This document shows, one piece after another, positions 1 to 9,151 of a stretch of 64,000 nt of DNA (its first letter is position 1; each line of letters starts with the position of its first letter). The translations under genes were made by a program, and so were the position numbers. Below the pieces are notes generated by a model, which saw only the letters and a program-made list of their open reading frames with translations, had not been told where the DNA came from and made no database searches. Origin of the DNA: Bdellovibrionales bacterium (GTDB lineage: Bacteria; Bdellovibrionota; Bdellovibrionia; Bdellovibrionales; UBA1609); the NCBI GenBank assembly GCA_028819545.1, contig JAPPLG010000014.1, positions 81,501 to 145,500 on the forward strand, given 5' to 3'.

Positions 1-149
1 CGCCTAGTGTCAAATTTAAAACAGGCTAAATAGTCAAAAAAATGACTGTACAGAAGTTAAAAAATCAAATTTTTTTCAATTTTACTCAATTTTTCAAAAT
101 TAAAGTCCAGTGTTCGCTTATTTGCATTCTGTTACAGCAGGAGGATTCA

Positions 150-626
150 ATGGAGCAGGCATTTCAATATAAATGGGAAGAACAAGAATCTCTAAAACCT
201 TCTTCCTCCAAAAATGAATCTTCTTTTCTGCTTTTATTTTGGATTTGCTTTTTTCTCGTCTGTTTCATGAGTTTATTTCTCTTTGGTTACAAAAAGTTTA
301 ACTCCACTCAACAAACAAACACACAATCTCTTCATGCAGTAGGTATGGAGCCGTTTCTTGTCCGTATTTTAAATCAAAACGGCCTGGCATTAACAAAAGT
401 AAATGTTCAATTTTTTGTAGAAGATATTCGGGTTCAACATGAACTCTTAAAAGATCAGGCCAAATACAAAGAGCTTTTAATTTTCTTTCTTTCAAATTCA
501 AAAACTTCTGATTTTTCAGATGAATTTAAGAAAAAAGATTTACAGGAAAAAATTAAAAATCATGTGAATTCGTTTTTATCCACAGGACGTGTTCAAAACA
601 TAGAAATCAACCATCAATTCATCTAA
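150..626 (+). CDS. fliL: Flagellar basal body-associated FliL family protein
   Basis: ATG at 150 after AGGAGG RBS (ORF track extends to 42); one N-terminal TM helix; FliL-like MEPFLV and C-terminal KIKNHVNSFLSTGRVQNIEINHQFI. Confidence 0.7.
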   Translation: MEQAFQYKWEEQESLKPSSSKNESSFLLLFWICFFLVCFMSLFLFGYKKFNSTQQTNTQSLHAVGMEPFLVRILNQNGLALTKVNVQFFVEDIRVQHELLKDQAKYKELLIFFLSNSKTSDFSDEFKKKDLQEKIKNHVNSFLSTGRVQNIEINHQFI

Positions 627-639
627 CTGGAGGACTATC

Positions 640-1398
640 ATGGGCGAAGCAAAAAAAATAAAGAAGATACTTTCAATTGAAGAAAAAAATAAAATTATTT
701 TGGAATATACCCCTTTGATTCGGTTTATTGCAAAAAAAATATCTATTCGCCTGCCTGCCAATATTGATATGGAGGACCTTGTTTCCAGCGGGGTTATTGG
801 ATTAATGGATGCTGTAGATAAATATGACTCTTCCAGAGATAATAAATTTAAAACTTATGCTGAGTTTCGTATCAGAGGAGCTATCTTGGATGAACTGCGG
901 TCACAAGACTGGGTGCCAAGATCTATCAGGGATAAAGCAAAAATGCTTGAGAAAGCCACTTTGGAGCTGGAGTCCGATTTAAAAAGAACTCCAAAAGAAG
1001 AAGAAATAGCAGAAAAGCTGGGTATGACTATGGAAGAATATTTTGTTTTGTTAGGTCAAGTTCGGTCTGTCAATTTAGTCTCCATTGATGAAATGCAAAA
1101 ATTTAGTATGACAGATAAAAAATCTCTTTTTGATTTATTGCAAAAAAGACAAACCCCATTTGGAAATATGTCTGTGAAAGACATTAAAAAAATAGTTCAT
1201 AAATCCATAGAAGAGCTACCGGAAAGACAAAGAATTGTTTTATCTCTTTACTACTATGAGGGTTTTAATTTGAAGAAAATCGGACAAATATTAAATGTTA
1301 CAGAAAGCCGGGTTTCTCAACTGCATGCTCAAGCTGTCAGAAAGTTAAGAATTAAGCTAGGACGTTATGTGAGAGAAAATGAACTTCTTTCTGCTTAA
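640..1398 (+). CDS. fliA: RNA polymerase sigma factor FliA/WhiG (sigma-28)
   Basis: DLVSSGVIGL, FKTYAEFRIRGAILDELRSQDWVPRS, VTESRVSQLH motifs. Confidence 0.96.
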   Translation: MGEAKKIKKILSIEEKNKIILEYTPLIRFIAKKISIRLPANIDMEDLVSSGVIGLMDAVDKYDSSRDNKFKTYAEFRIRGAILDELRSQDWVPRSIRDKAKMLEKATLELESDLKRTPKEEEIAEKLGMTMEEYFVLLGQVRSVNLVSIDEMQKFSMTDKKSLFDLLQKRQTPFGNMSVKDIKKIVHKSIEELPERQRIVLSLYYYEGFNLKKIGQILNVTESRVSQLHAQAVRKLRIKLGRYVRENELLSA

Positions 1399-1528
1399 TA
1401 AAATTCAAGCAAGAAAATAATAACTCATTTAACTTGTAAAGTGAGAATAATGGAACTTTCTCCTTGTTTGATAAATAACTGGTTTAGTGTGTAATAATTA
1501 CACAATTTTACAAAAAGCTTTAATACAT

Positions 1529-2170
1529 TTAAATTTCAAAATTTCTAGGTTTAAAGTTCTTAGCATTTGTAATACTCGCACTGCTTCCTGTCGCTCTAAT
1601 TACAAAAAGCTTCTTCTTTTCTGCATACTTGTCGGAGTCAGCATTTGCTTTCAAATAAGCCACAGCTCCATAAATCTTACTATTTTTATACCGAGGCCTT
1701 AACTTCGTAAATATCTTAAGCTTCTTTATAAAATGATCCACATCTTTCGTCTTTAACGTTGTTTTCACTTCCACCACAACAAGCTCTTTTCCATTTACAG
1801 CTACAATATCAAACTCCCACTGCCTTTCTTTCCAAGTTCCTTGTCTCTCCTCATCTCTTAAAATGTAGTGCACCTCAATGCCTCTTTTTTGCAGCAGCTT
1901 GATCAAATCCCCTTTGACCAGAGACTCCATAAGCTTGCCCCACTGACCATTAAAAAGCTGATCCAGTTTTTCCAATCTGCGATCGGTTTCTTTCATTTGA
2001 CGGTCAGTTTCTTGAGAGCTTTCACGCATTTTTTGAAAACCCTCTTTCATTTCTCGACTGGTTTCTTTCACTTCTCGACTGGTTTCTTGCATTTTCCGGT
2101 CGGTTTCACGAAAAAGCTTCCAAATTTCAGCAATCTCTTTTTCAGATGAATAAGTTTTTTGTACAGACAT
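1529..2170 (-). CDS. Heptad-repeat coiled-coil protein with C-terminal PD-(D/E)xK nuclease-like domain
   Basis: ETDR/ETSR heptads, then WGKLMESLV and EFDIVAVNG..VVVEVK; AGGAG RBS. Confidence 0.7.
   Translation of the reverse strand: MSVQKTYSSEKEIAEIWKLFRETDRKMQETSREVKETSREMKEGFQKMRESSQETDRQMKETDRRLEKLDQLFNGQWGKLMESLVKGDLIKLLQKRGIEVHYILRDEERQGTWKERQWEFDIVAVNGKELVVVEVKTTLKTKDVDHFIKKLKIFTKLRPRYKNSKIYGAVAYLKANADSDKYAEKKKLFVIRATGSSASITNAKNFKPRNFEI
1970..2107 (-). repeat. 21-bp coding tandem repeats (ETxRxMK heptads)
   Basis: e.g. gaaaccagtcgagaagtgaaa / gaaaccagtcgagaaatgaaa on the minus strand; about 5 degenerate units. Confidence 0.8.
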
Positions 2171-2393
2171 TGTTAAACTCCTTTCTGTATTTTATCTAAA
2201 GTTTTAGGTTGTTTCAAATCCTCTAAAAGCTATATGCAAATAGATGGACAGCTTTGGACTAAATATCAGCTATACATATATTAAGGATGTGTGATTGTTA
2301 TTTTATTCAGTATTTTCAATAATTTGGAAGAAGCTTTAATAATTTGAAAATAGAATGAGAAATCACTTTATTTTATAATCTAAGTTGGTTAGT

Positions 2394-2428
2394 GACCAAA
2401 AATGGACAGAGACGTTTCATTTTTGGTC
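2394..2428. repeat. 11-bp perfect inverted repeat (terminator or operator) downstream of rpoH
   Basis: gaccaaaaatg-N13-catttttggtc, followed by a T-run on the + strand. Confidence 0.55.
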
Positions 2429-2482
2429 TTTTTACATTGAAATAGATCGTCTTTGTAAAGGGTATAAACTTGTTTGAAAAAA

Positions 2483-3331
2483 CTATTTTTGTAAGGTCAC
2501 TCGTTCTTTGATTTTCTTTAAAAGTTTGCTTTCAGCCTGACGGACAGCCTCACGAGTGACATTAAAATGCTCTCCTATAGTTTGCAGTGTTTGCGGGTTA
2601 TCCGATAAAATTCGATGATCCAAAATATAAGTCTCCTTTTCATTTAATGAAGGACGGAGCTTTCGAACCTCTTTTTTGAGCATCTGAATTTCCTGTTCCT
2701 GAGCATACTGTTCATCCAAGCTGTTTGAAGCCACCATCTTCTCATAAGGTTCTGTAGAGTGATCAAGAGATACATCCCGCGCACTGAGCCTCTCCCTCAT
2801 AGAATTTATTTCTTTTGGAGATATGCCTGTTTTAGATTCAATCAGACGAGTACTGTCAGTGACCCCTACAGGGGGAAGATGTTCTTTTCTCAGTTGATAG
2901 AATAATTTTTTTTGGTTAGGGGTGGTGCCAATACGTACAATAGAATGCTGTTTCATCAAATACTCCTGAATAGCCCCTCGAATCCACCAAACAGCATAAG
3001 TAATAAGACGCACCCCTTTATAGGGATTAAATTCATTAATGGCCTTCAAAAGGCCCATATTCCCTTCTTGGATAAGGTCCACCAGGCGAGAGCCAAACTT
3101 AGAGTATTCAGAAGCAATTTTAACCACAAACCTCAGGTTGCTTTGGACCAAAACTCTTAAGGCTTCACGATTTTTTGTTTCATAATAAATCTTGGACCAT
3201 TTAAACTCTTCCTCTCTATTAAGAAGAGGATAACGGGAAATCTCTCGATTATATTGTCTCAGTAAATCTGTAGGTTTTATCTCAGGTTGAGAGACAATTT
3301 CTACAGGCAAACTTTTATTGGTTTTTTTCAA
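2483..3331 (-). CDS. rpoH: RNA polymerase sigma factor, RpoH (sigma-32) family
   Basis: DLIQEGNMGLLKA, YAVWWIRGAIQEY, RpoH box QKKLFYQLR, VTREAVRQ. Confidence 0.88.
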   Translation of the reverse strand: MKKTNKSLPVEIVSQPEIKPTDLLRQYNREISRYPLLNREEEFKWSKIYYETKNREALRVLVQSNLRFVVKIASEYSKFGSRLVDLIQEGNMGLLKAINEFNPYKGVRLITYAVWWIRGAIQEYLMKQHSIVRIGTTPNQKKLFYQLRKEHLPPVGVTDSTRLIESKTGISPKEINSMRERLSARDVSLDHSTEPYEKMVASNSLDEQYAQEQEIQMLKKEVRKLRPSLNEKETYILDHRILSDNPQTLQTIGEHFNVTREAVRQAESKLLKKIKERVTLQK

Positions 3332-3392
3332 CTTTTGTACCCCTAGACTAACAGCTAGTTTTTACCTCTATTTTTAACACACTTCGTTTTAT

Positions 3393-4184
3393 TTGACGAA
3401 TAGTTTAGAAATGACTGTAAAAAATATTTTTTTTAATTCTTTACTTGAAGGCCTGCGTTACTGGTTTTGTTTTATCAAAAATCATTTGGCTTTAACTGTC
3501 GGTCTGTATCTTACGATTACGGGCTTAGCCCTCTTTGCACATTACTCCTCTAACCAGTTTTTTGGTTTATCCGTCTTTTCTCTACTATTCCCTTTATTTA
3601 TCCAATGTCTGTGCTTATTTACTCTGGGGTTTAGTTGTTTGTTTGTTCTGCCTTATTTTTTCCAAAAAATGCTGAATAAAGAAGATGAGTTTATTTACAT
3701 ACCCTCTACTTTTCACAAATTTTTATTTGAAAACTTTAGACCCTGGATAAAAGAAATGAGTAAAGTATTGGCTGTATCCTACCTTTGGGGGTTATTGTTA
3801 ATTGTTCCCGGTTTAGTCAAATTAATAAAGTGCTCCTTTGTTAATTATATTGTTTTATTTAACAAGTCCTATCGCATTCAAGAAGTCTCAGCGTTAAAAC
3901 ACTCATCAAAATTAACCAAAGGATTTACTCTTTGGTTCCTGTTATTAGTTGCAACGTATATGGGGCTTTCCTATCCTGTCGGTTATTTAACTCAGGATAT
4001 ACAAACAGAAGTGTTTTCCTGGAAAACTGTTGGAGCAATAGCTTTAGAGTATCTTTGGACTGTACTGGCTTCTTTTTTCATCTCTATAACTTACCACTTG
4101 ATCTATTTAAAAAGAGATCAGGAGCTATACGAACCTTCTGAGTCTTATGAAGAACCCCCTGCTGTTGTATCCGCTGTGTTATAG
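3393..4184 (+). CDS. Multi-pass membrane protein of unknown function
   Basis: Several hydrophobic segments; LLIVPG and ALKHS motifs typical of small conserved membrane proteins; start uncertain. Confidence 0.6.
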   Translation: MTNSLEMTVKNIFFNSLLEGLRYWFCFIKNHLALTVGLYLTITGLALFAHYSSNQFFGLSVFSLLFPLFIQCLCLFTLGFSCLFVLPYFFQKMLNKEDEFIYIPSTFHKFLFENFRPWIKEMSKVLAVSYLWGLLLIVPGLVKLIKCSFVNYIVLFNKSYRIQEVSALKHSSKLTKGFTLWFLLLVATYMGLSYPVGYLTQDIQTEVFSWKTVGAIALEYLWTVLASFFISITYHLIYLKRDQELYEPSESYEEPPAVVSAVL

Positions 4185-5681
4185 CCTCACTCTTGGAAAA
4201 ATAGGGGATTCTTTTTTAACAACAATTCCAGACTTTAATTGATTGACCTTCTTTGTCTGCTCAAAACTTTGAGGAGGCAGTCCCAATCTTCTAAGCACTT
4301 CCTGGGAAGCATTGGGAATAATGGGCTGAAGCAGACTGACAGCCACACGGAGAACATCTAATGCCGTATACAAAATTGGAGCTGTTTTATCTTTTTCAGA
4401 GATAAAGTTCCATGGAGCTGTCTCTTCTAAAAATTTATTCGTTTGGTTTAATAATTCTGTAATTTCAAATACAGCCATATGAATCGAAAATTCATGAATA
4501 TATTTAGACACTTTTTCACAGGTCTCCATACTTTTTTCCTGCAAAGGATGAAGAGAGGATGGAGGTGGAGGAAGAGTTCCCGCTAAAGAGGATTCTATAA
4601 GAGTAAGAACCCTTTGAACAAGGTTGCCCAAATTATTTGCTAAACTTTGATTATGCTCCTGAATGATCATTTTTTGTGAAATAGGGGCATCATGGCCAAA
4701 ACGCACAGAGCTGAAAAAATATCTAAGGGAATCATGGCCAATTTGTTGAGCCAGTTCCAAAGGGTCCAAAATATCTCCCTGAGATTTACTCATTTTTTCC
4801 AAATCCTGATTTAACAGCCATCCATGACTCACAATTTTTTTTGGCAGAGGAAGGTCTAAAGCCATCAATAAGCAAGGCCAATAAACAGCATGAGTAATCA
4901 AAATATCTTTCCCTATAAAATGAACAGACTCCTTCCACCAGCTTTCAAAATCACTATCACTCTCTTTCCACAAACCTGCTCCAAAAATATAATTTAAAAG
5001 AGCATCCACCCACACATAGACCACATAATCAGAATCGAAGGGCAGGGGAATCCCCCATTTTAATCTGGACTTAGGGCGGCTGATGCACAGATCTTCCAAA
5101 TTTTTCACAAAACTTAAAACTTCATTTTGCCGGGTGGAAGGGTAAATAAAGTCAGGATGATCCTGTAAATGTTGTATCAATTGGTTCTTAAATTGAGACA
5201 TTTTAAAAAAATAATTTTTCTCTGTAATTTTTGTAACAAGCTTCCCTTGCGGCGACTTACCATCAACTAAATCTTTCTCTTTGTAAAAAATTTCTTCACT
5301 GACACTGTACCAGCCTTCATAGGTGGATTCATAAATAAAACCTCTATCAAAAATTTTTTGTAAAGCTTTTTGAACACACTGTTTATGTTCTGAAGAAGTG
5401 GTGCGATAAAAAACATCATACTTAATACTCAAATTTTCCCAGGTTTTTATAAAAACCTGAGCCATCTCATCACAATGGTCCTGTACATCCATATTTTTAC
5501 CTTCAGCGGCCTGTTGGCACTTTTGACCATGTTCATCAACTCCTGTTAAAAATAAAGTTTCTTTAGAAAAAAATTGATGAAACCGATTAAAAATATCAGC
5601 AATAACTGTAGAATAAGCTGTCCCCGCATGAGGCTTGTCATTGACATAGTAGAGAGGGGTTGTGATATAGAGCTTGTTCAT
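4179..5681 (-). CDS. metG: Methionyl-tRNA synthetase (short form)
   Basis: YITTPLYYVND-PHAG, TGVDEHGQK, YVWVDAL, IGKDI, KMSKS. Confidence 0.97.
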   Translation of the reverse strand: MNKLYITTPLYYVNDKPHAGTAYSTVIADIFNRFHQFFSKETLFLTGVDEHGQKCQQAAEGKNMDVQDHCDEMAQVFIKTWENLSIKYDVFYRTTSSEHKQCVQKALQKIFDRGFIYESTYEGWYSVSEEIFYKEKDLVDGKSPQGKLVTKITEKNYFFKMSQFKNQLIQHLQDHPDFIYPSTRQNEVLSFVKNLEDLCISRPKSRLKWGIPLPFDSDYVVYVWVDALLNYIFGAGLWKESDSDFESWWKESVHFIGKDILITHAVYWPCLLMALDLPLPKKIVSHGWLLNQDLEKMSKSQGDILDPLELAQQIGHDSLRYFFSSVRFGHDAPISQKMIIQEHNQSLANNLGNLVQRVLTLIESSLAGTLPPPPSSLHPLQEKSMETCEKVSKYIHEFSIHMAVFEITELLNQTNKFLEETAPWNFISEKDKTAPILYTALDVLRVAVSLLQPIIPNASQEVLRRLGLPPQSFEQTKKVNQLKSGIVVKKESPIFPRVRL

Positions 5682-5753
5682 CTTCTCAAGTTAGTTATAA
5701 TTGAGAGGTTTTGTCTATACAATATTTGCATTTTATAGAGGAGTAAAATTTAT

Positions 5754-6338
5754 ATGGCAGTCAAAAAGTCTAAAACAAAGAAATCTTCAAAGGCAAGTAC
5801 CACTAAAGGATCCTCTAAAGCTGTTAAAAAATCCTCTAAAACTGTAAAAAAAGCAGTTTCCAAGGCAAAAAGCAAATCCTCAAAAGCACCGGTAAAGCCT
5901 GTTAAAAAAACGTCTTCCAAAAAGAAAGTTGCTAAAAAACCAACAGCAAAGACAACAAAAACAAAGAAGGCCGCAAAGAAACCAGAAGTCAAGACAACAA
6001 AAGCAAAAAAGGCTGTGCCTAAACCAAAAACTGTTTCCAAAGTAAAAAAAGATAAACCTGCTGTTAAAAAGAAGACAGCAAAATCTCCTGCACTATCAAA
6101 AAAAGAACAGAAACTACAAAATGAAATAGAACGCCGATGGAACTCTTTGCAGAGTAAATATAAAACAACTTTTACTGTCACTTATAGCATATCAAAAACC
6201 TACTCATCTAAAACACCTATCACGCATAAACAATTTGGATGGGGCTATATTCTTTCTGTCAGAAATGACCGTCTGGAAGTCATTTTTCAAGATAATATAA
6301 GATTTCTCGCCTCCAATAATTTAGGGATGACTCGGTAA
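5754..6338 (+). CDS. Histone H1-like Lys/Ala-rich protein with small C-terminal beta domain
   Basis: About 120 aa K/A/S/T/P-rich tail, then HKQFGWGYILSV..DRLEVIF; GAGGAG RBS. Confidence 0.75.
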   Translation: MAVKKSKTKKSSKASTTKGSSKAVKKSSKTVKKAVSKAKSKSSKAPVKPVKKTSSKKKVAKKPTAKTTKTKKAAKKPEVKTTKAKKAVPKPKTVSKVKKDKPAVKKKTAKSPALSKKEQKLQNEIERRWNSLQSKYKTTFTVTYSISKTYSSKTPITHKQFGWGYILSVRNDRLEVIFQDNIRFLASNNLGMTR

Positions 6339-6559
6339 TGTCAAAAAGTGATTTAGTTCAGTTTGAAGGAGAAATTGCACAAGTATGCCCAAAAGGAATT
6401 TATAAAATTCTCCTCGAAAACAATAAAGTTGAAATTTCTGCAAAACTTTGCGGCAAAATGCGCCGTTATAATATTCAAGTTGTCGTGGGAGATAAGGTCA
6501 CAGTAGGTTTTTCTCCTCATGACTTAACAAATGGTTTAATTATTTACAGGCATAAGTAA
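6338..6559 (+). CDS. infA: Translation initiation factor IF-1
   Basis: EGEI...GKMRRYNIQVVVGDKVTV..SPHDLTNGLIIYR. Confidence 0.96.
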   Translation: MSKSDLVQFEGEIAQVCPKGIYKILLENNKVEISAKLCGKMRRYNIQVVVGDKVTVGFSPHDLTNGLIIYRHK

Positions 6560-6562
6560 GAG

Positions 6563-9151
6563 ATGAAAAAGAAAAAACTAGTGATTGTAGAGTCGCCCAC
6601 AAAAGCTCGAACAATTAAAAAATTTCTAAGCAAGGACTACGAAGTTGAATCTTGCATGGGGCATTTGAGAGATCTGCCTGAGTCTGCTAAAGATATCCCA
6701 AAAACTTATAAAAAATATAAGTGGTCCCGTTTGGGCGTCAACATAGAAGATAAATTTAAACCTATTTATTGTATTCCTGCCTCTAAAAAGAAAGTTGTAG
6801 ATCTTTTAAAGAAAAAAGCTAAAACTGCTGGAGAAATTATACTAGCAACAGATGAAGATCGAGAAGGGGAAAGCATCAGCTGGCATATTCAAGAAATTCT
6901 GAAATCATCAAAATCAAAATTTACAAGAATGGTCTTTCATGAAATTACAAAGGAAGCTATTTTAGAGTCTTTGAAACATTTTAGAAAAGTGAATAAACAC
7001 TTAGTTTATGCTCAAGAAACACGACGTATTTTAGATCGATTAGTAGGTTATACTATTTCTCCTGTATTATGGAAGCATGTGGCTCGCGGTCTTTCTGCCG
7101 GGCGCGTCCAATCTGTGGCTGTAAAATTTCTAAGTGAAAGAGAATTAAAACGTATTCATTTTAAAAAATCAAAGTATTGGAGCCTTCAAGCTCATTTTTT
7201 AAAAGGGAAGAACAACTTTATAGCTCAACTCTCGTCTTATAAAGGAACACAGCTGGCCGGCAGTTCAGATTTTGACCGCGACACTGGTGAATTAAAAAAG
7301 AAAAGGTTATTACTGGATGAGAAAAAAGCAAAATCTTTAACGAAAGAGCTTCAAAAACTTTCTTATACAGTGTCGAGTGTTCAAACAACTTCCATAACTC
7401 GAAAACCTCAAGCGCCCTTTACAACTTCCACCTTACAGCAAGAAGCCAATCGAAAACTGTCCTTAAGCGCTAAGGAAACAATGAACCTGGCCCAACAGCT
7501 TTATGAAAGAGGTTTTATTACCTATATGAGAACAGATGCTGTCTTCTTATCTAAACAGGCTGTTTCAGCTAGTAGAGCTGAAGTTAAACGAATCTATGGA
7601 AAAAATTACATACCAGAAAAAGCCCGTATATATAAAAACAAATCAAAGGGAGCACAAGAGGCTCATGAAGCCATTCGCCCAGCTGGAAATAAATTTACGC
7701 ACCCGCAAGACACAAAATTAACAGGTTATTTGCTAAAACTCTATCAAATGATATGGCAGAGAACTTTGGCCAGCCAAGCTGTCGACTGCAAACAAAAAAG
7801 GGTTTCTGCTGTTATTACTGCAGGTAAAAACGCACAATTTTCAGCGTCTGGCACAACTATGGTTTTTGATGGTTTTTACAAAATCTATCAAGAAACAAAA
7901 GAAACTAAAGAAAATCAACTGCCTCCTTTACAAAAATCAGACGCTTTAAAATGCCAAAAAATCACCAACCATGAACATGAAACACGCCCTCCAGCCCGAT
8001 TTAATGAGGCGTCTTTAATTCAAACACTGGAGCAAGAAGGAATCGGAAGACCCTCTACATATGCACCAATTATTGCTACAATACAAAAAAGGGGTTATGT
8101 TTTTAAAGATAAGAATATGTTAATTCCTACGATGACAGGTTTAATTGTTACTAAGTTTTTAACAGAACATTTTCCAAATTACGTGAGCAATCAATTTACT
8201 GCTGATATGGAACAAGTTTTGGATGATATTGCATTGGGGGAGACAGATCATATTCAATACCTAGAGAAAGTGTATTTTGGCAAGAAAGGGTTGAAAAACC
8301 AGGTTGATAATCAAAAGGAGGCAAAAGACAGCCGCTCAATAGCCATTGACGGCTTAAAAGGCTTTATATTTTATGCAGGGCCATACGGCGCCTATGTGAC
8401 TCAAAATAAAAATGGGGCTTCAGTATCACTTCCCGTAAACACCTATCCGGGAGATTTAAATAAGGAGATGTTAATGGATATGCTAGATAAAAAAGAAAAA
8501 GGACATGAAAGTCTTGGGAAAGACCCTGTAACAAAAGAAGCTATATATGTTTTAAATGGAAAATATGGCCCTTATGTTCAAAGAGGTGAAGTTCAAGCAG
8601 ACAAGAAAAATGCTAAAAACTCTATAAAAAGAGTTTCTATTCCCAGGGGGCTGTCTGAAGATGATATTGACTTAAATATGGCCTTACAACTCTTACAACT
8701 TCCTGAAACTCTAGGGTCTCATCCAGAAACTGAAAAAGAAATTAAAAAAGGCATCGGACGATTTGGGCCTTATATTGTGCACGACGGTGACTTCAGATCC
8801 ATTAAGTCCATTGATGATTTTTTCAAATTAAGCTTGAAAGACGCTCTGAAGATTCTAAGTGAGCCAAAAAGAGGCAGTAGAAAGAAGGTTCTAAAAGACC
8901 TTGGCGCTCATAAAGACACAGGGAAAAGCATTCAAGTACTGGATGGAAAATACGGCCCTTATATTCAACACGGATCACAAAAAATTTCTCTTCCTAAAGA
9001 AATATCTATTTCCGCATTAACCCTAACCCAAGCCTTAGGTTTACTGGGCACATCAGTAAAGAAAAAAAGTGAAAAAATCAATATTGTAAAAAATATGTCT
9101 GCGGCAGTAGTAAAAAATAGAAAATCAAAGAAGTCGAGTTATGTTCAGTAA
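6563..9151 (+). CDS. topA: DNA topoisomerase I with C-terminal GxxGPY repeats
   Basis: LVIVESPTKA, ATDEDREGE, SAGRVQS, ITYMRTD, QEAHEAIRP. Confidence 0.98.
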   Translation: MKKKKLVIVESPTKARTIKKFLSKDYEVESCMGHLRDLPESAKDIPKTYKKYKWSRLGVNIEDKFKPIYCIPASKKKVVDLLKKKAKTAGEIILATDEDREGESISWHIQEILKSSKSKFTRMVFHEITKEAILESLKHFRKVNKHLVYAQETRRILDRLVGYTISPVLWKHVARGLSAGRVQSVAVKFLSERELKRIHFKKSKYWSLQAHFLKGKNNFIAQLSSYKGTQLAGSSDFDRDTGELKKKRLLLDEKKAKSLTKELQKLSYTVSSVQTTSITRKPQAPFTTSTLQQEANRKLSLSAKETMNLAQQLYERGFITYMRTDAVFLSKQAVSASRAEVKRIYGKNYIPEKARIYKNKSKGAQEAHEAIRPAGNKFTHPQDTKLTGYLLKLYQMIWQRTLASQAVDCKQKRVSAVITAGKNAQFSASGTTMVFDGFYKIYQETKETKENQLPPLQKSDALKCQKITNHEHETRPPARFNEASLIQTLEQEGIGRPSTYAPIIATIQKRGYVFKDKNMLIPTMTGLIVTKFLTEHFPNYVSNQFTADMEQVLDDIALGETDHIQYLEKVYFGKKGLKNQVDNQKEAKDSRSIAIDGLKGFIFYAGPYGAYVTQNKNGASVSLPVNTYPGDLNKEMLMDMLDKKEKGHESLGKDPVTKEAIYVLNGKYGPYVQRGEVQADKKNAKNSIKRVSIPRGLSEDDIDLNMALQLLQLPETLGSHPETEKEIKKGIGRFGPYIVHDGDFRSIKSIDDFFKLSLKDALKILSEPKRGSRKKVLKDLGAHKDTGKSIQVLDGKYGPYIQHGSQKISLPKEISISALTLTQALGLLGTSVKKKSEKINIVKNMSAAVVKNRKSKKSSYVQ

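Noticed and set aside
5600-5660. MetG HIGH motif reads HAGT and the knuckle lacks Cys
   Set aside because: HIGH variants and zinc-free knuckles occur in MetRS; all other motifs are intact
5750-6181. 143-aa Phe/Leu-rich antisense ORF
   Set aside because: Mirror of the Lys-rich codons of the H1-like gene
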